Assembly (NCBI RefSeq): GCF_006345805.1
Contig: NW_021825425.1
Location: 1 to 15,732 of the forward strand
Source of the DNA: Octopus sinensis
Lineage: Eukaryota
Length of the DNA stretch: 15,732 bases
Direction of reading: 5' to 3'
Each line of letters opens with the position of its first letter. Position 1 is the first letter of the stretch. The translations under genes and the position numbers were made by a program. The notes beneath the pieces were generated by a model. That model searched no databases, was not told the DNA's origin, and saw only the letters and a list, made by a program, of their open reading frames with translations. Below, piece by piece: positions 8,670 through 15,732 of this stretch.

Positions 8670-9100
8670 AGGTGTTGGTGGTCGAAATGGTGGCGGTGGT
8701 GTTGGTGGTGGTGGTGGTCGACGTCGTCGTAGAGGCGGCGGCGGCGACGGCGATGGTGGTGGTGGTGGTGGTGGCGGTGGCGGTGGTGTGGCGGTGGTGG
8801 TGGCGGTGGTTATGGTGATGGTGGTGGTGGTGAGGGCAAGGCCTTGACGGCGACGGAGATGGTAGAGCTGACTGCACGAAAGATGGTCATGATGATGATG
8901 ATGATGATTGTATTTGTTGTGTCGGTGGTTATAGATGTGGATTTAAGCTTGCTTTGGTAGTGGTGGTGGTGGTGCTGGTGGTGGTGGTGCTGGTGGTGGT
9001 GGTGGTGGCAGTGACTGTGGTGGTGATAGTAGTGGCCGTGGTGGTGATGTTGGTGCTGATGGTGGTGGAGGTGGTATTGGTTTGTGGTGGTAGTGGTTAC
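8670..9100. repeat. Degenerate (GGT)n/(GGC)n/(GAT)n trinucleotide region
   Basis: Seen directly. Confidence 0.9.
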
Positions 9101-9109
9101 GAAATACTG

Positions 9110-9110
9110 G

Positions 9111-9150
<40 letters not shown>

Positions 9151-9334
9151 CAGCTGGATAGAAACACATGTAACTTGTAAAAGTGAAAGAAAGTTCGAAA
9201 GAACGACAGACATGGAAAACAAGACGGGGCCATTTAAGCATATTCATGCTATATATGTATATATGCATACATATATACACACACATATATATATACACAT
9301 ACGTACATACACATACATACATACATACATACAT
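9110..9334. repeat. (GA)n (9110-9150) and (TA)/(TACA)n (9250-9334) microsatellites
   Basis: Seen directly. Confidence 0.85.
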
Positions 9335-12060
9335 GTTGGAATGGTTAAGTTTGGGCTTGTATTTTTCAATGAAGAATGTTTCCTTGTTTAGTCTAATTTG
9401 TGTTGGTGTTCCGATAGCACATTCGTAGAATGGAAAGATTAAAAATTGTGGTAGTAGTTGCTTTGCGCATTTCTCAATGTGCTCACTAAAGGGTATCATT
9501 CTGTATTCTGGGAATGAAATCTGTTGTCGATGCTGTGTGCATCTACGTCTGAGTGATAGTCCGGTGTTGTTGTGTTGAACTTTTCTTAAAGTTTCTATGT
9601 TGATTTCTGTTGCACGTCTGATCCCATCCTCTATGTGTTGAGCGGGTAATGCTGTCAATTAGGGTTTTTTTGGTTCTTGCAGTCTAAAGTTCCTGGTATT
9701 TTTTCTAACACTATTGTGCATATCCTTCTTGCAAGGTTGAAGGGGATGTTTGTTTTAGTGTGTCTTGGGTGGCATGAATCAAAAAGAAGGTATTGTTTGG
9801 CGTCTGTGGCTTTGTAAAAAATGTCTGTTTCTATTTTAAGGTTAATTTTTTTAATTAGTATATCCAAGAATGGGAGCCTTTTTGTTGTATTCCATTGTGA
9901 ACTGTATATTTGGGTTTATGCTGTTCAATAGGTTTTTAAATTTAGGAGTTTATCTGTGTTTTCATTCCAGAGTATAAAACAATCGTCCAGGAATCGTTTC
10001 CAATTCTCTTTTATGTATTGAGAGAGGGTTTCAAAGATTGATAAAGATTCCTGGTAAATGATTATTTCCAGGTAGCCCATTGTTAGGTTCGCAATGACTG
10101 GTGCTGCCCTTGTACCCATAGCAATTCCGGATTTTTGACGGTAAAAAATGTATTGTCAAACATGAAGTGGTTATTATGTAGGATGAATTCAATTGATTTA
10201 GTAATGAATTCTTTACTGATCCTTTTTGGTATTTCTTCCGGAAATTGGTCCAACCAGAACTGTATTGCCTCTAGTCCATATTATGAGGTATACTGGTATA
10301 TAAGTTAACTACATTAATGAAACCATGATTGTTTTCTTCCGTGGCTTTTTTTGGAAGGTGGTTTAACATATCTAAGTCATCTCTGATATGGCTATCGATA
10401 TGTTTAAGGAAGGGTTTCAGGAGGATCTCCATAAATAGACTTAGTCTGTGTGTTTCACAGGTGGGCCAGCTACAATGGTCTAGTATTAGGTCCCCCGGGT
10501 TAGATGTGTGTATGTATGTTTTTTGGTGATTTTTTAATGGTTTCATTTATAATTTGGCTTTTATGAATTTTTGGCAGACCATAGAAGAGGCTAGGTTTGC
10601 ATTTAAAGTTTGTTAGAAAGTCATCTCTTTGGTTGTTAGTTCCTTTTCATGGGTTTTAATTAGTGAAGATAGAGTTTTCATTATTTTTTGTGGGGTGTAG
10701 TTGGGATTTTTTCATAATTTGGTTGTCATCAAGCAAGGAAATACAAGATTTCTATAGTATGATGTATCCATTATTACAACTGCACTTCCCTTGTCTGCTT
10801 CCTTAATGGTTATATCTTCATCATTTTGAAGTTCTATCAGTTCCTTCCATTGTGTAGTGTTTAAAATTTGAGTTAACTGTCTGTTTATGATAGTATGGTA
10901 GGGAAGTTCTCAATGTGGTTACAGAATTCGTCAAGATCTTTATTTCTTCCCTCTGTGTGGGATGTGTTCACTTTTGTTCTTGATAGTGATTCATCTTCAG
11001 TATTGAAACTGGTTATGCTTCTGCTAGTCTTAATTTTCCTTCAAAATTCTGTTATATTATCCTTGATTTCATTTAGGTTGGCTCTGCGTGGAGTTGGTGT
11101 AAATTTGAGCCCTTTTGAGAGGATGTCAATTTTTATGTTAGAAAGAGGTTTGGTTGAAAGGTTGATTATCTTCGGTTTTTTCCTTATTACTAGGTTCCAC
11201 CTGTGTCCTGGTGTCTCTGGTCCCTGGCTAAAAAATGTTGGGTGTAATTTTTTTTGTATGAGTTGTCTGTGAGGTTGTGTGATATTGGGTCGGGGGAATG
11301 GTGGTATTGTTTGCCCCCGATGTTGGTGTTGAGGGAATCTATGGTTGTTTTTGTTTTGGTGTGTGTAAAATTTCTGTATGTGAAATATTTTTGTTTCGAA
11401 CTGCTTGTATGTGGGATGTTGCTTGACATGTGTTTTTTTGCGTTTGTCTTGTGTTCAGTGGGGACCATAATTTTTGGTTCATGGGTAGTAGCGACTTGTG
11501 TGTGGTGCATTTCTTATTCTAGGGTCGTTTTGTGCTGTATGGTGGTTGGGTCTGGTATTAGGATATTTGTTAGTGTGTTCTGTTTTTGGTGTAATCTATT
11601 TCATAGACGCTTGTCTGTCAGCTTGTTCCCTGTTAAGTCTTGCTGTGGGTTTGAAAATGTTGGTTGTGGGTGATTTCTGTTTCTAGTGTATGGAGGATAG
11701 TTGGGGGTTGTTCGTGGGTTGTTTGGTTTTTCTTTTTTATTTCTTGTAATTTTCTTAAGGAAGGGATTATCTGTACCCAATTCATTTTTGAAAGTTGAAC
11801 TATATCTTTGTAGAAAATCGTTGCTTTTTTTCCCAGCGCAGGAGAGAATTTCTCTCTTCTTTTTCACAGGTATCTGTTCCAATGATCTAATGTTTTTTGA
11901 GGGGTGGTCCCTCGGTATGTTTTGTATTATATTGTGCATCTCCTCGTCGATGCTTTAAAAATTTTCCTCATTTGTGGAGGCCCTAAGTTTTAGAAGCTCT
12001 ATTTCTGATCTTAATTGAATAGAGCTGACTTTTCCCTAATAGTTCTCTGTCCGTCAGAAG
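9335..12060 (-). mobile_element. Penelope-like retroelement (probably Neptune-type): frameshifted RT plus partial GIY-YIG endonuclease
   Basis: Ordered minus-strand motifs across frames: IINLS..LSKGLKFTPTP (~11170-11095), IKEADKGSAVVIMD (~10808-10767), LFYGLPKIHK (~10590-10560), VVNLYTSIPH, GIAMGTRAAPVIANLTMG (~10130-10075), WKRFLDDCF (~10003-9977), LPFLDI, FYKATD..YL..SCHPRHTKTNIPFNLARR, then TG.SLR.R...H and E..FI..Y.P.LN. The 5' boundary is uncertain and may extend to ~12375. Confidence 0.93.
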
Positions 12061-12260
12061 AAGGAAACAAAAAAGAAGAAGGAGGAAAAAAGAAAAGACA
12101 GAAGAAGAAAGAAAACCAAGAAACAAAGAAAGAAGAAGAAGAAGGAGCCATTAGAAGAAACAGAAGAAAAGGATTAAGAGAAAGAGTAAAACCAATACAT
12201 AAGAAGAAAAGAACAGAGAAGAAGAAGAAGGAAAGAAGAGAAGAAACGAAGAAGAAGAAG
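12055..12260. repeat. Degenerate (GAA)n purine tract
   Basis: Seen directly; abuts the 5' end of the Penelope-like ORF. Confidence 0.85.
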
Positions 12261-12377
12261 CCATGAAGGAGAGTATACATGTGTAAGTATAAAACGAAGA
12301 TAAGGTATCACAACACTCGTTTCAAGATTTCACCGGCACAGGGAGATGCTGCACGGACGACGGACGAACCAAGAACA

Positions 12378-12658
12378 GCGCAGGAGTGGCTGCGTGGTAA
12401 GTAGCTTGCTTACCAACCACATGGTTCTGGATTCTGTCCCACTGCGTGGCATCTTGACCAAGTGTCTTCTACTATAGCCTCGGGCCGACCAAAGCCTTGA
12501 GTGGATTTGGTAGACGGAAGCTGAAAGAAGCCTGTCGTATATGTGTGTGTGTCTGTGTGTCTGACCGGTTGTCCCCCCCCCCACCATTGTTTGACAACTG
12601 ATATTGATGAATTTACTTCACCGTAACTTAGCAGTTCGGCAAAAGAGACCGATAGAAT
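12378..12658 (+). mobile_element. SINE family A, 3'-truncated
   Basis: Colinear with the other copies up to aaaagagaccgatagaata, then replaced by (GATA)n. Confidence 0.9.
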
Positions 12659-12759
12659 AGATAGATAGATAGATAGATAGATAGACGATGATAGATGAGA
12701 GAGAGAGAGAGAATAGAGATAGATAGTAGAGAGATAGAGAGAGAGAGGAGAAGAGAGAG

Positions 12760-12790
<31 letters not shown>

Positions 12791-12837
12791 AAGAGAGAGA
12801 TAGTTAGAGAGATAGATAGATAGAGAGAGAGAGATAA

Positions 12838-12868
<31 letters not shown>

Positions 12869-12987
12869 AGAGAGAGAGTTAGATAGATAGATAAATAGAT
12901 AGATAGATCGATAGGAAAACACATCATTGGAGGTTTGTGTCTCATACATACACTTAGAAACACAATTGCACATACATATTCAAAAGT

Positions 12988-13016
<29 letters not shown>
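12651..13016. repeat. (GATA)n/(GA)n compound microsatellite (to ~12912) and (CA)n (~12989-13016)
   Basis: Seen directly. Confidence 0.92.
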
Positions 13017-13020
<4 letters not shown>

Positions 13021-13284
13021 CCAACATAAACAGATTCAAACACGCGCACTCACAACAACAGCAGCATCAAATGCAAACACAGATATATAACCTTACATTA
13101 AATACTCAAAGTATATTTCCGTTATTTCCGGGGGAAAACATCCGATGTTTCGATCCGCCATTTTATGCAAAAAGATCAACGATTGTGTCTTATTACCTTA
13201 CACCCCTCCCCTCCCTTTCTTATCTTCGTTTTCTTTTCCATTAACTTCCTTTTCTTCTTCATGTATTACTCTTTCTTCGTGGTT

Positions 13285-13341
13285 TCTTTCTTCTTCTTCT
13301 TCTTCTTCTTCTTCTTCTTCTTCTTCTTCTTCTTCTTCTTC
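13285..13341. repeat. (TTC)n microsatellite
   Basis: Seen directly. Confidence 0.97.
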
Positions 13342-13344
13342 GTG

Positions 13345-13592
13345 ACATTTCTTGCTGCTCTTTGCGATCTGAGTTCAAATCTTATAGGTCGCCTTTGATA
13401 TTCATCCCTTCGAGCTCAACAAAACAAATACCATCCAATGCAGTCGGCTGGCCCCTTCACCCTGAAAACTGTTAGCCTTGTGCCAAAATTTGAAACCATT
13501 GGCGAGCTAGTAGAATCATTTGCGAGTTGGATAAAATGCTTAACGCCATTTCTTCTAAAGTTACGTTCGGTGTTCAAATTCCGCTGAGGTCC
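13345..13592 (+). mobile_element. Two old tandem fragments of SINE family B relatives
   Basis: tctgagttcaaat..ggtcgcctttgatattcatcccttcg (~13368-13412) and ggcgagctagtagaatc..aaaatgct..ttacgttcggtgttcaaattccgctgaggtc (13501-13591) match the family B head and body. Confidence 0.7.
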
Positions 13593-13644
13593 ACCGGCTC
13601 CTTCCTCAGTGGAATGATTAAAAAATAGAAGAAACATACATATA

Positions 13645-13795
13645 CAGTAATTCCTCGACTATCGCGGTTGTTACGTTCCAAAACCCTTCGCGATAGGTGA
13701 AAATCCGCGAAGTGGAATCAGTACTATACTGTATACTTTTTAAATGAATTTTATAATTTGTATATATTTATTTTATATAAATGCAAAACAACACC
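13645..13795 (+). mobile_element. Left half of the same Tigger/pogo-like MITE
   Basis: TA|CAGTAATTCCTCGACTATCGCG...gataggtgaaaatccgcgaag...ataaatgcaaaacaaca is colinear with 3581-3733; no right TIR seen. Confidence 0.85.
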
Positions 13796-13838
13796 TCACA
13801 CTCACCTCCCGATTATATCAATATATCTATACGTTGGC

Positions 13839-13839
<1 letters not shown>

Positions 13840-13921
<82 letters not shown>

Positions 13922-13942
13922 TATATATATTATATATATATA

Positions 13943-13983
<41 letters not shown>
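13840..13983. repeat. (TA)n microsatellite
   Basis: Seen directly. Confidence 0.97.
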
Positions 13984-13986
<3 letters not shown>

Positions 13987-13991
13987 TGGCA

Positions 13992-14358
13992 GGCGCAATG
14001 GCCCAGTGGTTAGGGCAGCGGACTCGCGGTCATAGGATCGCAGTTTCGTTGTGAGTGTTTATTGAGCGAAAACACCTAAAGCTCCACGAGGCTCCGGCAG
14101 GGGATGGTGGTGATCCCTGCTGTACTCTTTCACCACAACTTTCTCTCACTCTTACTTCCTATTTCTGTTGTACCTGTATTTCAAAGGGCCGGCCTTGTCA
14201 CTCTCTGTGTCACGCTGAATATCCCCGAGAACTACGTTAAGGGTACACGTGTCTGTGGAGTGCTCGGCCACTTACACGTTAATTTCACGAACAGGCTGTT
14301 CCGTTGATCGGATCAACCGGAACCCTCATCGTCGTAACCGACGGAGTGCTTCCATCCA
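13992..14358 (+). mobile_element. tRNA-derived SINE family D, B box partly deleted
   Basis: GGCGCAATGGCCCAGTGGTTAGGGCAGCGGACTCGCGGTC is tRNA-like (A box TGGCCCAGTGG, TCG in the anticodon-like loop, suggesting tRNA-Arg); GC-richer body between TA repeats. Only one copy in the window. Confidence 0.75.
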
Positions 14359-14655
14359 TATATATATGTATGTATATGTATACGTGTATGCATGTATGTA
14401 AGTACACATATACTGTATATACAATACGGTATTTGTATGTTTTTGAGTCTGTAAGCAATTATGCGTTAGGAAATATGTTTCTACATGTTTTCCACGTGTT
14501 TCAAATAGTGTTTCTAAAGTACATTGTTACTAGTATTTCGTAAATTGTAATTTTCGGTATGTTAGTTCAGTTTCCCGATTTGTTTGTACAGCATTGTAAC
14601 ATTTGCTTCGTGTATGCATTGACCTTGTGGCAAAATAAAAAGCAGACTAAAAATT

Positions 14656-14945
14656 ACTACCACCTCACCTTACTACTACTACTACTACTACTACTAATAA
14701 TAATAATAATAATAATATGATCATGATAATAATAATAATAATAATAGTAATATAATAATATATAATAAAATAATAATGATATAATAAGAATAATAATAAG
14801 AATAATAAGAAAGAGAAGAAGAAGAAGAAGAAACAGAAGAAGAAGAAGAGACGAAGAAGAATACTGCTGCTGCAATTAGTGCTGCTGATGTCTCTACTAC
14901 TACCACTACTAATAATAATGATAATGATGATGATTATTATTATTA

Positions 14946-14990
<45 letters not shown>
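14656..14990. repeat. Compound trinucleotide microsatellite (ACT/AAT/GAA/GCT/GAT/ATT)
   Basis: Seen directly. Confidence 0.95.
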
Positions 14991-14991
<1 letters not shown>

Positions 14992-15071
14992 TCTTTATTA
15001 ACCACAATAGTCTACTTTAAATAAAAACATTATGGTACAGGTCAAAACAAAGAATGTGTGTGTGTGTGTGT

Positions 15072-15517
15072 TGTGAGGGTTTTGCGTGTAAAGAAGACCA
15101 ACAAAATTTTAAAAATTAACGTGTGATCCTCATTAGAGAGGAGACGTTCGAAGGCTGCTCCAGGAAAAACCCCATAAAAATACCATGGGTACCCTGAGTC
15201 TCGGGGCAGGTGCTTTTTTTCCTTTCCTTTTATTTTTTCCAACTACAGGCGTCTACTTAGGGCAGGTCCGTTCACCCGCACCATTCTCGCCACTTTCATC
15301 CACCTTTCAGCAAATTGGTTAGAAGACACGATTTCCCTCTCTACCCTTATTTTCCTTTTGAAGTGAAACTCGAAGAAGTAGATCAAGGATGGGCCAAAGA
15401 GAAGGTGTTTGTCTTCAGCCCCTTCAGTCTCATCCAGAATACAACCTCTTCCGCCATGGGCACCAGGCATATTAACATAGCCTTTTCCTCCTTGGTTAAA
15501 TTGAGGCTGTCAGTTGG

Positions 15518-15518
<1 letters not shown>
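15072..15518 (-). mobile_element. 5'-truncated L1/Tx1-like LINE 3' end
   Basis: With one frameshift near 15400 it reads PTDSLNLTKEEKAMLICLVPMAEEVVFWMRLKGLKTNTF/LFGPSLIYFFEFHFKRKIRVEREIVSSNQFAERWMKVARMVRVNGPALSRRL*, resembling the Tx1-clade ORF2 C-terminus (L...AK..IW..R...F...R.R.E...F..RW); a ~170-bp 3' UTR runs into (CA)n. Confidence 0.6.

Positions 15519-15570
<52 letters not shown>
15518..15570. repeat. (TAA)n microsatellite
   Basis: Seen directly. Confidence 0.97.
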
Positions 15571-15571
<1 letters not shown>

Positions 15572-15689
15572 GAACGAACTATTGAGTTTGGTTTAATGGC
15601 CTACCAATGTATACTATGAGTTTCTTTGCCCAAGGAGTCGGGAAGACACTCGGCAAGAAATGGAAGCAAATTGAAGAAGAAAAAAAAAG

Positions 15690-15732
15690 TAATAATAATA
15701 ATGATGATGATGATGATGAATGATGATGATGA
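15690..15732. repeat. (TAA)n then (TGA)n microsatellite running to the window end
   Basis: Seen directly. Confidence 0.95.

Noticed and set aside
8810-9658. 282-aa ORF as a nuclease fused to a His-rich metal-binding tail
   Set aside because: Only the first ~108 aa are Penelope-derived; the rest is read-through across TATG, CT and CCA microsatellites.
10895-11958. Plus-strand ORFs of 125, 139, 62 and 85 aa
   Set aside because: Antisense shadows of the A-rich Penelope coding strand.
12260-12377. Hammerhead or pseudo-LTR at the 5' side of the Penelope-like element
   Set aside because: GAAACG is present on the minus strand but no CTGANGA core with matching stems; no repeat of this segment was seen at the 3' end.
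13992-14050. Functional tRNA genes at SINE heads (also 5195-5265 and 6917-6990)
   Set aside because: Acceptor and T stems are incomplete and each head runs into a SINE body.

Overview
AT-rich eukaryotic non-coding DNA, packed with microsatellites and retroelements. The SINE families and the simple-repeat density match what I recall of Octopus (cephalopod) genomes; this is recognition from memory, not a database result. No intact host gene is evident. The window holds: a frameshifted Penelope-like retroelement on the minus strand (RT plus the C-terminal part of a GIY-YIG endonuclease, ~9.3-12.1 kb); a 5'-truncated RTE LINE with a 12-bp TSD; a Tx1/L1-like LINE 3' fragment; at least four tRNA-derived SINE families, one occurring as internally repeated multimers; two copies of a Tigger/pogo-like MITE; and a 554-bp TG...CA element inserted in (ATT)n. 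The most interesting signals are two minimal Penelope-type hammerhead ribozymes, one carried by a tRNA-headed SINE in a head-to-tail arrangement; SINE multimers with the same internal junction at two loci; and an exact 29-bp copy of nearby genomic DNA at the 5' junction of the RTE insertion.
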